A DNA stretch of 64,000 bases from Eledone cirrhosa (Eukaryota). Where the stretch lies: positions 13,144,001 through 13,208,000 of the forward strand of contig OZ024747.1 in NCBI GenBank assembly GCA_964016885.1, given 5' to 3'. Under the pieces are notes generated by a model, which worked only from the letters and a program-made list of their open reading frames with translations, did no database searches and had not been told where the DNA came from. The position numbers and the translations under genes were made by a program. Below, piece after piece: positions 29,002-48,272 of this stretch (position 1 is its first letter; each line of letters opens with the position of its first letter).

Positions 29002-29215
29002 TTGGATTGGCAGTATCGGTAGAAGGTCGGACACCATGCTTTGCAGCATAAATTTATAGCTCTTTGATTTGAGTTCAAATCCCGCTGAGGTTAACTTTGC
29101 CTTTCATCCATACGCAGTAGATAAAATAAAGTACCAGTAATGCACTGGGGTCAATTTAATCGACTTTCCCCTCCCCCAAATTGCTGGCCTTGTGCCTTTA
29201 TAAGAAACCATTATT
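29002..29215 (+). mobile_element. tRNA-derived SINE copy
   Basis: Matches the 12054 family. Confidence 0.85.
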
Positions 29216-29268
29216 TTGGTAAAGTATTATCAGTGGTTATTTATAATTTTTCCTTTTGTTTTCTGCAG

Positions 29269-29492
29269 CAAGAATATTTGACATCATCTCTTTCATACAA
29301 AGGAGAGCTGTCATTATCTTTGAAGTTTGTAACAGGTGATAAGCTGCTAACAGGGTCAACAACATCACTAAAGCATAGTAAGGAAGGAAGATCTGAAGTG
29401 TCGGATGGAGGACAGCTACATGTTTATATTAAAGAGGCCAAAAACTTGACAGCCGTGAGATCTGGAGGATATTCAGATCCCTTCTGCAAAGG
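29269..29492 (+). CDS. SYTL4: C2B domain start (QEYL...YKGELSLSLKFV...GQLHVYIKEAKNLTAVRSGGYSDPFCKG)
   Basis: Acceptor ttttgttttctgcag; donor GTAAGT at 29493, phase 2; Slp C2B motif. Confidence 0.95.
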
Positions 29493-30835
29493 GTAAGTTA
29501 GTTGCCTTAATAAAATAATATATAGAAACAAAAGGATTCTCTCTTTAAGTAAAGTGCTGACTATATAATGTTTGTGTATAAATTACAATGCTGTATAGTG
29601 ATAATGTATGGACATTGAATACTGAGGATATGCAAAGAGTAGAAATGAGGCACACATGCCTTACTGGATGTGTAATGTTAGTGTGTACATATAATCAAAC
29701 ACAGTTGGGCTGATGGAAAATATGCAGAATAACATGTAGTGTGTAAGAAACAAAATTGCACTATTATGGTCACATATGTATGAAGGATGACAGTTGGGGA
29801 AAGAAGTGCCAAGTGATCTAAATATAGACAGCTGTAAAAGAGAAAATAGACAAACTTGAGGATGATGGATACCTCAGTATTTGCTGTAGTTATTTAATCC
29901 ATTTAGAATCCAAATGAAGCTCTGTGTACGTGTGTGCAAACTCATGTTTATAAATTGACTTAACTTATCATCTAGCATCTGATATTCCTGCTTTGATGAT
30001 GGCTAACTCTTATGTATCTCTGATGCTTTTGATGTATATGGCTTTCTTCCATTTTCATATTTCCATTTAATGTTACATTTTGGAAGTTTTTCATTAACTA
30101 TTCAGAAAATATGGCCTTAGTATATTCCTCTCTTTTTATTAATCACAGTTACGTATAGCTGTTTTTACATCCATTTTACTTGTTTGATAATCTTAACTTT
30201 GTTTCATCTGATATCTAAAATTTTTTTGACCATTTTTCTTCAAAAGCAATCTGCATGTTACTTATCTTTCTGGCACATTGCCAAATTTTGGAAATTACAT
30301 ATTGGTACTTATAGTATTTAAGATTTTAGTAGGTAGATCCATTCTGTGCAGGTAGCATATATAGCAATGTATATAACACATATACTTCTATTTGTTTAGC
30401 TAATATTCCAGTGTAAGAATATTTGTGCATATATGAATTTAGTCCTACATATAAGAAGTGCTAATATACAATTATGAATATCAACTCTTTTTTTGATTTT
30501 GATGAATAGGTATTCAATTAATAAAATATCATATAGTATTTTATAGACATTTATACCTATAATATAATCAACAGGCTGAATCAGTGTGATATTGTTTGGT
30601 TCAGCTGGACCTGGGAATCACAGATACAACACATTTGATATACTTATGCACAGTTACTGTTGACTCAGTTTCATTCACAAGAATTAGGCCAATCTGAAGC
30701 TATGGTTATAGACCCTGCACAGAGAAACGTTTCAACCACACCGCCATTCACATTTTTAAAAGAGAAATATATTTATGATGTATAACCTAAGCAAATAATA
30801 TATAAAATGTTTGGTTATTCTATCTCATTTTACAG

Positions 30836-31044
30836 GTATTTATTACCAGAAAAGACTCGTACATCAAAGCAGAAAACTCCAGTGGTGAAGAAAAATTGCA
30901 ACCCAGTTTGGAACCATTGCTTTATATTTGAAGATGTATCTGCTAGTTTGTTGCCTGACCGATGTATAGAGCTCACACTGTGGGATTATGACCGTTTATC
31001 AAGTAATGATTTTCTTGGTGGTGTTCGACTGAATTTAGGATCAG
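30836..31044 (+). CDS. SYTL4: C2B domain exon (YLLPEKTRTSKQKTPVVKKNCNPVWNH...ELTLWDYDRLSSNDFLGGVRLNLGS)
   Basis: Acceptor ctcattttacag; donor GTAACA at 31045; KQKTPVVKK and SNDFLGGVRL match Slp4/5 C2B. Confidence 0.95.
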
Positions 31045-31077
31045 GTAACAATTCTTTTGTTCATCAAGTTCATATGT

Positions 31078-31293
31078 TTAACCCTTTAGCATTGACATTA
31101 TTCTATATTTACTATTGTATTGTCACGGTAAACACTTTATCTCACATAATTATTAAATCTATGAGATTTTGATATTATTTATTTTGAGAACAATACCTTA
31201 ACATAAGTATGAGCAGCCAGTTTTGCCTGTTTGAACAGAAAGAGGTGAGAGAATTCTGGCTAAATACAGTCGGTTTAAATGCTAAAGAGTTAA
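31078..31293. mobile_element. piggyBac-like MITE, second copy
   Basis: TTAA-CCCTTTAGCATT ... AATGCTAAAGAG-TTAA; internal sequence similar to the 23630 copy. Confidence 0.85.
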
Positions 31294-31334
31294 GTTGTTT
31301 TCTTTTATTTAATTACTTACATATAACATCCTTC

Positions 31335-31630
31335 TAGGTGACATCTGACTTGAAAGAAATATATGCTGGCCTCTGACGCATATCTGTTGTACATAAAAGA
31401 GTAAGATTTGCTGGCCCCTGCCATCGTGCCACCTACGAGGCTGTGTTCCAATTAGTGCTTTGGAAACTCCAAGCAGTCACTAATAACAGGAGGCGCAAGC
31501 TCTCCTATCCCGATGTCATATCCAGAGATTCTGGTATTGAAATCCAGGATTTGGCAATGGCAATGAATGACAGACCCACGTGGAGATCAATTGTTGAGTC
31601 AATTTCATCTGAGGCTGCTGGATGATGAGG
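31335..31630 (+). mobile_element. RTE-like LINE 3' fragment
   Basis: KRVRFAGPCHR...LVLWK...RRRKLSYPDVISRDSG...AMNDRPTWRSIV, then a GAT tail. Confidence 0.75.
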
Positions 31631-32252
31631 AAGTCTGATGTTACTGTAGCTATAGTCTAAGCTAGTTTTTCAATCCTTGTTATTGTATGAGGAAAAAGGG
31701 GCAGTGTGTTGGCATAATTATTATTTGAAAATTATGATGAAAATTAGTTCTAAATAAAAATAAAATTATTCTAGTAACAAAGACAGTTGTCAGATTTTAT
31801 TGATAAAATTTACCAAAATTAGATTTTAAGACAGTTATTGTTCCAGAGCTACAGATGCAAGTGGTCAAACAGGAAAAGTTTCACCCTATCTCTAGTGCTA
31901 TGGTACATTTATTGAAAAGGTATTTAGTTCATATTAGCCACTTTCACTTGGCTGTAAATATATAACCAAAAGGGGATATTTTTCAACTCTCTAAGTAAGG
32001 AAGTTTGACAGTACATGTTATAGTCATCTGGTGCTAAGTTTACTCATATTCACTGCTCTGTGGGTTTGTTTAGAATACAAATTGGGTTCCATTGTTCCTA
32101 TCTACATGCCCAAGTGTACTATAGTACTGACCCTCAGGCATGACAATGGAAAATATTTTAGTTTTAACTATTGTTCTAGGATATATAGCAGCATTGTAAT
32201 GTAGAACAGTAGCTAGACTAATCTTCATTAGTCAACAAATTGTATGGGATAG

Positions 32253-32550
32253 AATAATAATAATAATGAAATTGTGTACAGTGCTCAAGTGCACTCATCA
32301 AAGGTGCATGTTAAGTACATAGAAAAATGTACAAATGTCAGGAAAGTGAACAGTCAGTGTATGAGTCATGATATACATGTGTGTATGGAGGGAGGATATC
32401 AGGCGTAGTGTTGGCGAATTTCAGAAAGCATGGAGGTTTTAAAGGATGCAACATCTTGGCAGCTACCAACTGATGCAGGTAGTTTGTTCCATGCTTCAGC
32501 AACTCTGAGCGTGAAAAACTTTTCGAAAGTCATGGGAGCTGTGCTGTTTT
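32253..32550 (-). mobile_element. CR1/L2-type LINE 3' fragment
   Basis: Minus-strand translation FFTLRVAEAWNKLPASV...VASFKTSM; (ATT)n tail. Confidence 0.75.
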
Positions 32551-33093
32551 TGATTTTATACTGATGACACTGGGTTTCATTTTTGTTTCTGTCCTTATAC
32601 TTTCATCATCGTCATCGTTTTCACATTGCCTTTTCCATACTCGCATGGGTTGGATAGAATATTTTACAGCCAAATGCTCTTTCTATCCCTAACTCTTTTA
32701 GTCATATCTTATGACACGCAGAGATATGGTGTACCTATTCTAAACCAGATTCACATGTCTTTCTTTGTTGTAAAATATTTCACTGTTAAAATAAGGTGGA
32801 ATTTGAATAAACATTTGTTTATATTAAGAGAAAAGGCAGTGCTTAGGGCCCTTTTCTGGGCTTCTGAGACTGATGGAATGAGGAAAGTACCCTCAAACTG
32901 AGGACCTTGTCTGAAAGCTTGCAACAGAGCAGACTTTGATAACATGATCCATGGACAAGAAAGGGATTAAGGATTACCTAAGTAGGTGAGAGCAAGATTT
33001 GAACTCAGAATACTAAGAACTGTGACAACAACAGCAAAACATCTCATACAAACCTCTAACTATTCTACTAGTGCACCACACAAGATTGATACT

Positions 33094-33200
33094 GGAGGTG
33101 AATAGCTTAGTGGTTAGAGCATTCAGCTTGCAATCGTGAGGTTGTGAGTTTGACACCCAGATTAGGTGATGTGTTGTGTCTGTGAGCAAAATACTTTAAT
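33094..33200 (+). mobile_element. Head of a second tRNA-derived SINE family (minus copies near 12700-12815 and 23000-23090)
   Basis: TAGCTTAGTGGTTAGAGC A-box, GTGAGTTTGACACC B-box-like. Confidence 0.65.
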
Positions 33201-33383
33201 GATTTCTCAGTTAGTTTAGTAACCAGTTAATTGTTTGTCATATTTAATTATCAAAGCTCTTTGGTCACACTTTCTGTGATCTTCTCAATAATTATTATTG
33301 CTCCTCTGTGTCTCCCCATTGTTTTATTTATTCCATCTTGTCTTTCTTCTTAAATAACATAATTTATTTATTTTTCCTTTCAG

Positions 33384-33523
33384 GTATTTGTGGTCGTAGA
33401 TACGTTGATTGGATGGATGCTGTTGGTGATGAGATTTCTCTTTGGCAGTCAATGATATCAAGACCAAACACTTGGGTTGATGGAACTCTTATTTTACGTG
33501 CAAACATGAATAACAGGATGTGA
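33384..33523 (+). CDS. SYTL4: Terminal coding exon (ICGRRYVDWMDAVGDEISLWQSMISRPNTWVDGTLILRANMNNRM*)
   Basis: Acceptor tttttcctttcag, phase 1. VDWMD...E..LWQ.M...P..W..G.L.LR is the Slp family C-terminal signature. The symbol is family-level; SYTL4, SYTL5 and btsz cannot be separated here. Confidence 0.93.
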
Positions 33524-36500
33524 TGACAGCCATTCTATGATTATGCACCATAGTAGACAATTCTTTTCCTTTAACAGTTTGTGATCATTTACAAAATGGA
33601 GCTCTTGAACCCACCTCCTCTTTGAGGAAATATAGATTCATTGGTGATAAAGAGTATGTGAGAGGCCACAGCTTACTGAATTAATATATGCTGCTTGTAT
33701 TACTGCCACAAGGAAGCTCAAGGAAAGAAAACAAACAGGCTGTGATTGTATGAAAGGCAGTTGCTTTTGTAAACAGCAAAAGAACAGTTGTGTTTGAAGT
33801 TGCCATTTCACAAAACCAAGCTCTTTTTTTTCTCTCTCTCTCTCTCTCTCTTTCACTATGTATGCATGTGTGCATGTGTGTGTGTATGCATGTGCATGCA
33901 TGCTATTGTTTTCAATTAATTCTAAAATTTAAAATTACAAATGATTAATAAATGAATACTTGAAAATTAGATTATATTTGTATATTTTCAATACTGAAAT
34001 GAAATGGTAACTTGACAGAGACAAATACAAAATTTAAAAAAAAATTAAATTAAAGTATGAAAAAATACAAAAATATAGTGTAAATGTTTAAAACTTTAAA
34101 TGCATGATTTTTTTCAACTGAGATTATAACATGTAACTTGTAACTTTGTAAAATTATTTGGCAGTTCAAGTGTAATCACAATATAATAAATTCTAAGTTT
34201 CAAATTACTTGTAATTCTTGAAATGGCTATTTTGCCTTAATTAACAAACCATTTTTGAAGCTCATATCTCAGTACCTTAATTAAACTAATAGATTATTTA
34301 AATATTCTGATACCTCCACAGAAATGTGTGCAAAATATCTGCAAGGGTCTGGTCTATTAGACCTAAGAAGACTAGTCTACTAATGAAATATAATTCAATT
34401 AGTATGAAACCTTAATTCAGTGAATTGTTTATCTTTCTGTGAATTTTAAACATATGATTGTTATCAACAAAGAATCATTTCTTATTTTTAGTTCACTTCA
34501 CATTCTTGGTTTATGATGGTATTACTTCCAGATAAAACTCATGCAGGGAAATTTTAGTTGCCTTTTTCAAATCCTTGCCTCACATCCCCATGTGGGTATG
34601 GAATATAATAATAATAATGAAAGTTAGAGAAATAATGCAAGACACAATAAAAAGATAACTAGCTAGAAAATTTCCAGCTGTACACCAAGCAGTTCATACC
34701 AGAACTTGAGCCTAGATTCTGGCAGTTTCAAGCTATGATTTTTTTTATGTTAAATTTCTTTTAAATGGTTGGGAGTTTGATTTATAAAATTATGCAATTT
34801 TATTTTACCAATTTAATTTCTTAAGGATATTGCTTGCTAAAGTATAAACGGCCAAGAGTAAAGCATTTTTATATATTCATTACAATGAAAAATGTGTGTG
34901 GTGGTAGTAAAGCTTTTTCAGAATGTATTTAGAAATATTATATTAAAAAAATTAAGTGGGGTTACAAGCACAAATGACATTTATGAAAGATTAAAAAAAA
35001 ACAATGTCATTCTTTTTCATGTATGTGCTTCTTGTGTTTGCATCTATATTTTATTTAAAAAATATAAATATATATTAGTTCAACTCCTAAGTACTCCTAT
35101 AAAGACATATTTATAAATATATCTAGAATAACTTCATTATCACACACTATTTGAAATAGAAATTAAAATGTTTAAAAGACATACTTAGATCAGGAGTAAG
35201 GGAAATGATTAGCTCAAGTAAAAAAACTAATATTATATAACCATTATTTTCTTTCTAAAATACTTCTGAAAATTAAAATTATAAACTTTTATGCATATTA
35301 GAACAATGTGTAAATTAATATTGATCAATATCAATTGATATTTATAGCTATTTCATTTTTGAAACAATATTCACACTAAATAGATACAAAATTGTATTTA
35401 TTTTTAGTGTATTTATTTTTACTGTATTCATTTTTAGTGTATTTCAACTAATTTAAAGATATGCTGTTACTTTTCACGACTATGCAGTATTACTTGATAA
35501 TGAGAAGATGAATTATTAATTTGAACAGCATTATTTTCCCTATAAGGCTGCTCAATAACTTTAAAACTTATTTTAACAGGTTTCTCTTTAAAAGAAAAAG
35601 CATATTTAATCTTTAGTTGGAAAGCAAATATTCCCTAAACGCCACTGTCTATGCGTCTTACATACCTAATTGCTTTCTAAGAGCTTCAGAGCACTGGTTT
35701 TACACAGTTGAAGGTATAAAATTTTAGTTTGCTACTACTGTAACAATTCTACATAATTTCTTTGACAGCTTTACTGCTTCCTGTTAGTAAGTACTGCTAT
35801 ACACTAGACTCTTATTCCATCACATATGCAGAAAGAATTGCTATTTTCCCTATTTCAGAAGAATGCATTTTTGTTAAGTTAATTTTAATTGTTAATTTGT
35901 TAAGTTTGAAAGATGTTTATTATGAATACTTCTGTATTGAACGAATGGTCTGAGACCATATTGCTTAGACAGCAGTTTTTGATCTGTTTATATCTTACAT
36001 GTTTGATATTTCAGTTAATATGAAATTCAATTTGTTACCATTTTTTAAACCCATGTTGCTTTTACCTATCAAACACTTTTTTTTGTGGAACCCTTTTGAG
36101 TGATAAATATTGATGTTTACGTTTTATTCCAACCTCTAGCCATTTGAGTATCTAACTAATCTACACCATAAGTAATTTATCTAACTACTGCTGATAATTC
36201 ATACTAATCTGTTGGTTTGTTATTTTGCTACACATATCCATATAATTAAATGCTTTGATGAGTTAATTTAAATACAGTTATTGCATTAATGTGTTAAGAT
36301 ATAAACATGAGTATTATATAGCTATTAGAAATGTTTCAGTGTGCTAAATTTCAAGTTATACTTTTTATAAACCTGTTTTCAATAAAAGAATATGAAATAT
36401 GAAGATATTTTTCCCTGTTTCTTTAACTCTATAAAAATAACTCAAATATAAATTCTCTTTATCCCTCCAAAATAAATTTATAAAAAATACGAAAAAAAAA

Positions 36501-39500
36501 TTATTTTTCAATTTTTCATTGCAAACAATCGTTTAAGATATTTTTGCGGACGGGTAAATTATCGAACGCTGACTCACAATTATGATGTCTTCTCCATTAT
36601 ACATTTTCTTGTGACCAGATAGCTATGGTCTTATCAAATCTGTCAGTAGTGCTCAATATTTTTGGGAGTGGTCTTTGGAAGTTGGAAAGGTCATTTCAAT
36701 CTCACTGTTAGCATCTGAGGGTTTAACAACTTGTCGTGTGTAAAGTGGAAATGGTGAAAAGCCATTTATATTAAGGTTTTTTAGTTGTCAAATACATGTC
36801 CTAGCAGTTTTCAGAAAAACTATATTTTTGTGTGTTTCTGCAAGATAGACAAAATAGCTCAAAATTAATTTACATGTGCTGAAGCTATTTGAAACTATTT
36901 GAAATCAACAAAAACATTGGGGGAATTACTTAGTGAAAGATCAGTAATTAAAACATTATAAATTTAGAGCTTATCAAACTTTCAAAATAAATTTACATCT
37001 AGTTATTATCTAGGATAGGCTAAATGCATTTTGATTATTAACAAATTCATAATAAATAGTTAATATAAAATTATATTACCATCATCTCTTAGCCATTTTA
37101 TTCCCAAAACATGGATATCTGGATTTGAAATTAAGAATCTCAAGTTTAGAATAACAAATATAAGATTATTTGATGCTCTGGTAGTGAGCTAAAACTGGAA
37201 GAGAAAAGATAAATGATATTTTATTGTTTATTTAAAGAATGGTTTCCCACTTTCATCAGTGCTGACAGGACAAAAATGTTTACTGAAAATCATTTCAATT
37301 GTAACTCTGCGCAAGATAATCCACCTACCTCAAAAAGAAAAATACAAAAAGAAAGAAATTAAAGATAAAATTATAAAAGTTTCTGAAATATTTTGAAAAA
37401 TTCTATTTGAAAATTGTTATCAAACAAAATTAACTGAGCCATATGAAAATTGTTTGATGGTTGTTTCTAGCACATCTTACAAAATCTAATTGTTTGATGA
37501 CTGTTGCTAGCACAATGTGTCTTATTAAGTCTGTTTGATTGCTGCTAGTAAAAGGTCTTACAAAATCGAATTGTTTTCATGATTGTTGCTAGCACAATTG
37601 TGTCTCAAAGTCTGTCTTATAGTTATTAACAGTGAAAATCTCTTTAAAATGTCCCATTTATTTTATGGTTGTTGCTAGCACAATAGTTGTAGTTCTTTTA
37701 TTTTATAAAGTTTTCCTCAAGTATTCTAAAACTATCTTTCAATGTCCTGTGTATTTTTTCACTTAAATCTAAAAACATACAAAAAAAAAATGCAACTAAA
37801 ACAAAAACAAAACAAACAACACACATATATACACACTTACACGCACATACACACACATATATATATTTGTAAAAAGAACTGCTCAGAAAATGTTGTTTGG
37901 TGGGGTATAAAGTAATACCCAAATGAAACGAGATGAGAAAACAATGTAATCAAAGTGTTTTCCTCTCTGCTTTTGGGCAGTTTTGTTTATTGAGCGATTT
38001 ATGAAATGAGTAGAGGGGAATAAAGATATCAATGAAAAAGTGTTTCTATGAATGGAAACTAATTATTTAACTAAAATAATTTCATTTATGCCATTTTCAT
38101 TTTTGGTCTGGTTGTATCTGAATGTCAAAATCCCTAATTGTTCAGGTATCAGGCATAATTACTTGTTGTTTTACATTGATTTTTTTTTTTTATGTTAAAA
38201 TTACATAAAAAGCTGACCAAGAATTGTTTGTTTGTTTGGTCTGCTGTGATATCAGTTGTTTGAATATATTTCTTCATGGAATTTGTGATGGACATTTTAA
38301 GGAGAAATCCTTTCGAGATTCAAAGATTTCATTGCACACATACTCTCATACATAACATGAACACCTGCAATTCTACAGTAAATACTGTTTTTTTTATTTT
38401 TTTTTTATTTGTTTGTAAAAGTCTATTTTTTTTTTTTTTTTTTTTGTCCCAGAGAAAAGTTTCCGATTCAGGAAGTTTCAGCAAAAAATAAAATTAAAAA
38501 AATATTTATTCCACCTGAAATTTGATATTATATGACTATTTTCCACTATGACTTACTTTCTTTTTATTGACTGGCTTTGTTAATTGTTGATATTCAGTCA
38601 AATATCAAATAGTATTGTGTTTGATTCAGTTATAAAAACAAAACAAACAAAAACATGAAAACTCAAAACAACAAAAAAAAAACAAAAAAAAAACTGCTTG
38701 AAATTTATAAACAATGTTTTTTTTATCAGATTATTATTTGCTCATGATAAAATGATTTTGTTTAAGGATCATTAAATTTCTTTTTAATCTTGTTACTAAA
38801 GTTTTTCAGTCTTAACTAAATTTTTCCTTCTGTCATTATTATTGGTTATTCAATTAAAATTGTTAAAATGCTATGTGAAAATGCAGGGACAACAATGAAG
38901 ATGTCCCAGAAAAAAAAAAACTTGAAAATATGTCCCACAAGCACATTAAGTTTGTTTCTTTTACATTATTCTCCATTCGTCTCTATTTCCTATCATAAAA
39001 TTATACTTAAACTGAATTCTTTGTTAGAAAGTTATTTTTTACTGAAATCTCCAGATTTTGTTTTTAAAACTTAACATAATTTTTATCTTCTATTGGCATG
39101 TTTCTGTTCAGATAACATTTACTTTTATTCATCTTTATCTGTTCATATTCCTTAATTGCAGCATTATGAAATGACTGCATTTGCCATAGAAATGATTAAA
39201 TGAGCCAAATGTGACACTAAAACCTCACTGTGTGTCTTGTAATACATTTGATCATGTACAAGTTTCCAATAATTGATATAACCGTTACAATAGATCAAAA
39301 TGCTGTTTCTTTTCATTTGCACTTGTATTATAAGAAGAAAACAATCAATTAATTTTGTAAGAAAGTATTTTTCTCTGATGATAGATAAAATACTCTGTAA
39401 GATTATTTGAAATTAAATTTTGCCTCACAACCTTTGATGAGACATCACTTTAAAATGATGTCTTTAATAGGTTAAAATTTAAGATCTTAAAGTATGTTTT

Positions 39501-42444
39501 TTGACCCCTGTAGTATTAAAACTGGCAAGTAGTTTTATTCTTAAAGCTGTTCCTGTGTTTTTGAACCCTGAGTATAAGTCTGCTTTACAATTACAAAATA
39601 ATTCAATGAATATTATGTAGAAAATGTTGATTCTATGAATATTTACTTCCTTGATCACAACATTAAGCAATCAAGCTCTCACAACTAAGCAGTTGGTATT
39701 ATTCATAACAAATTTAATACAAAACAGAAGATTTCACTGATGAAGGCATCTATCTTTTCATTTAGAAAATGACCTTCTCATAAATCAACTAATTTTGTAT
39801 GAGAACCTATTTCTAGCTTTGCTCTTAAAGCAATTTTGTATAACTATTACAAATTGAATAGAAGAGAAGAGTAAATATAAATTATGTAGGGTCGCTAATT
39901 GATAACATAGCATGTTGAATCATTAAACAGTTGCATCAATATTTATTTCTGAATTTGATTTAATAGAGTAGACATAACAGTAAATCAATAGATTTTATAT
40001 TTTGGACATGACACTAATGAGGATGGTATATAATCCGTTTCCTACGGAGTCTTAAATTCAAGATTGAAGGTTTCTTCTTCTTTTATAAGGAACAGGAGAT
40101 AGCAAAGGATTTAGCTTTTGGTTTTCTATTTATGGTTCTATGAAATATAATACAGACAGCCAATTGGCAGTCTTAGAACATCAGATAGAATGCTTTGTAG
40201 CATTCATGTTGGCTCTCAGTACTGGGGTCAATTATTCCTCTATATCTCTTTCTCACTTTCTCTGGAAGAAATTAACTGTATTCAGATCTAAAAAAGAGAT
40301 AAGCTCCACCAGGTTTAAAGTGCTGAAGTGTATGTCAAGACAGTCCCCATAAGATTTCATTAGGAGTTATAGGGCCATATGTACACACAAAATATAATAC
40401 AAAATATCCTGTATGAAATATTTTAATCAGCTAAGAAAATTATATATCTGAAAGATATGGAATAACTGTTTAAATTAAATTGATTTTGTTTCATATTAAG
40501 CTTAGTTAGCTATTACTTAAGAACTTTCAGAACATGTGAACTTTTAAGTTCTCTTTTGGTATAACAAAGATGACATTATCATAAACACTATATTTAATGT
40601 TAAATAGATATAGAATAAAGAAATATAAAAGAACATTTATGTGGTTAAATTAATGCTGTATAACGAGAAACAATGAAATGCCTTAATTGCAGCACAAAGT
40701 TACTCTGCACTAGTCATGTACAAAATGTCAAGACAACATCTCAGAGTATGAATTACAGAATTTCAAACAAAATTTGGTTAAAAAAAATCTTAAAACATTT
40801 ATTATATAGCTTTTTAATATCCCACAGAAAATTCTTTCATTTTCTTTAAAATGATTTTAGCTATTAATTTTTTACATAGGCACAACCCTCTCCCTAGTCC
40901 TAATGGCTGAAAGAGAGGACATAATCATCTCCATTACTTTCTCTTAGGTGATAACAATGTAAGTGAGGAGAGAAATTGTTACAATTAGGGATCAGAAATA
41001 GATCACAGGTTTAGTTCTCCCAAGACTCGTTAAACAGAATTTACTAATTAGGCATCAAACTGCAGCTTTTTTCAGAGAAGGAAAATGGAATGCTGTGATA
41101 TTTACACCTATACAAGGATGCTAAGAGTATGGGAAATAAAATAGGGAATTGGAATCATATTGTGGGTTCAGTTCACTAAGAGTTTCCTTCTCAAAACTGT
41201 TAAAATTTAAATGCGTTATATGATAATTTGATAGACATTATTTCTTGCATAAAGAATTTGCTACAGCTTTCTCTGATCTCAAAACCTTTAACTTTAATGT
41301 TAGCAAAATTACCTGCATTTTTCTCTCTCATTATTCAATCAATACACACCAACAATAATTTATTTATATTGCCTTTCATCTAAAATGGACTGAATATTTT
41401 AAGTTATACTGATAGAAATATAAAAATACTTATGCTGTATAAATTTAAGTGCTGCTAATAAATCTTTTAGGAAACTTTATATATAACCCATTTTTTTCAA
41501 TATTTCCTCTCTTCTTCAAAAGTCAAATCTACTTAAACTAAAAACAGCATCTATCTATTTATGGGCTCCAAATTTTATTCATTAAATGCTTTATAAGAAT
41601 GTGAAACAAAGAAACTTATCTTTTATTGGCAAGAATTTTCTTCCATCTTTACTTTATCTATCTAAACATATAAAATATAATCATATAAAGGACATATCAC
41701 TGATATATGTTTCATAAACAAAGTCATCAACATTAATGTCCTAATTTTATTTTGCCTTTTTCTTTAGAATTGTTTCTATAGGCTATGGGGTCTGCAAATA
41801 TTTTTTTTAATGTTTTTTTTTTGTTTGATATATAAATTTTCCTTATCACATATGATTCCAAAAAGTAGTTACTTTACTTCTAATTTTATAAGAAAAAGTA
41901 GCTTAAATTATGTAAAAAATAACAACAAAAAACATTTAGGTCAATTCATTGTTATGTATCTCAAAAATGAGATATTTTGAAATAAATTTAATGCTTTTGA
42001 AAGGAACATCAAAAGCACATCTTGGTGTGATAATGTATTCATCTCCTGGCAACATATATCTCATAGATGTGGTGTTAGAATCTTAATTATTTAAAACAAA
42101 AAAACAAAAAAGATGCTGTATAACACTTAAGTTATATCTTTAGGTAATGTTTCACTGAGATTTGAATAATGATTTTCTAGAAAACCTAACAAGCTTATTG
42201 GTGTGGATTGAAGAGGTATGATTAATACTGTTGTGAAGTGTATTATGATGGGGAGACAACTCTGAATGTTCAATGTCCAAAAGCTACAACAGGTTCTTAC
42301 ATTATATGATGAAACTAAATCTCTGGCTCACATTATGACATCATTAGCAGCCACCAGTAACAGTTTTTAGCTGCAATGGTGTTAGTTTTGTGAAATAAAC
42401 GTTGATATAAAGTGAAAAGCAGTTTGCTAATACAGCAACGATTT

Positions 42445-42482
<38 letters not shown>

Positions 42483-43018
42483 TGATTTGTAAATGTATAA
42501 GGCTTCAGTGAGAGATGATATATAGACATTGTGTATTCTGATATCAAGCCAGTATGAGTTGAATAGAATGGAAAAGAAGAGATTGTGAGCAATAGCCAAA
42601 GTAACTGTGTTATCTCTGGCATAACCACAACACTCATAAAGCCATAACAATGTTTCATCAAATTTTCTTGAATATATTTGAACAGAATGTTTGAAGATGT
42701 TTAAATGTGGTGCCCTCAAGAACAAGAATACAATCTTTTTCTATTTTTTGTTTGATATTGTATATTTATCCCAAATTTGATGCTATTTTTCACCAATGAA
42801 GAAATTCTCCCCTTGCCTCCAAACAGTGTAATCAGCCTACTCAGCTGTTAGCACTAACTATTGCTATATTAGCTCTTACTGAAGTGAAACCACTCCATTT
42901 CCAACATTCTGTTTGCAACAATTATACATAGATAAATCCTGCATGTTTACATTAACGTGCATGCATATTTTATGTGTAGGCAAATGATATATATATATAT
43001 ATATATACATATATAATG

Positions 43019-47275
<4,257 letters not shown>

Positions 47276-47925
47276 TTGTTATATTTGGGGAGGGTCATAT
47301 TTGCGTAATATTGCCAGAATTAATAAGAGAACACACTCACTGTTTGGTTGGTTTTCGCTTCTCGCTGTCTTTTATATATATATATCTGCGATCTAACTTA
47401 CTCGGTCCTCAATGTTGCCATTGACTGACCGGCGGTCAAAAATAATACAGATACAATATAGACACAAACACTATATATAGTTTACATAAATCTTTCGTTG
47501 CACATCTGCAACATCGTCAGTGGTGTTATATTCATTGTTCCTCCTGTTGTGTTGTATGTCTACGCCATTTTTTTTGTTCAGTCTGTATATAACAATATCT
47601 GTTTCGACACATGATTTCATATAAAAAACCTCGCAAAACTAATTCATCGCCGCTATATATACATACATATATATATATATACATACATACATATATATAT
47701 ATACACATACATACATACATACATATTATACACATAATGTATACATGTCTATGATGCACATATACAAAATATAATTTTTTACAATTAATGTTCTCATTTT
47801 TTCCATAATAGAAATAAAAATTCCTGGTGATTTCGATGGTTCGTCAGGCAAAAAGTTTCAGAAGTTGAAAAATAGGAAAATATATATATGTATATCTGTG
47901 TGTGTGTGTGTGTGTATGCATATAT

Positions 47926-47971
<46 letters not shown>

Positions 47972-47999
47972 TATATATGTATATCTCTGTGTATGTGTA

Positions 48000-48033
<34 letters not shown>

Positions 48034-48084
48034 CAATGACTACAACTGTTTCATTTGTATGAAATCATCATCATATATGTATAT

Positions 48085-48272
48085 AATATAGAAATGGCTT
48101 CTACAGGACTAGAACTGTTTGATTCAGGAGAAATCATCAGGGCTTCCTGGTGATTTCTCCTGAATGAAATAGTTCTTGTCCTGTAGAAGCCTTTTCTATA
48201 TTGAATATTTATACTCTATGTATTGAGTACCTTACTAACTATGGTTACCCCAATTGAAGCCAGGATAAACTT
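48085..48272 (+). mobile_element. Hairpin element with degenerate divergent hammerhead cores and tail motif
   Basis: Arms about 48085-48141 and 48146-48202. + arm CTGGTGA-TTTCTCCTGAAT-GAAA...GTC; - arm retains CTGATGA. Tail ACTCTATGTATTGAGTAC at 48213-48230. Confidence 0.65.

Noticed and set aside
33900-42950. Additional genes or a defined 3' UTR end
   Set aside because: No convincing exon chain; several AATAAA hexamers (for example 36381) cannot be ranked in such AT-rich sequence.
47820-47860. Minus-strand CTGACGA-ACCATC-GAAA as a hammerhead
   Set aside because: No pairing stem II and no stem III/UH site.
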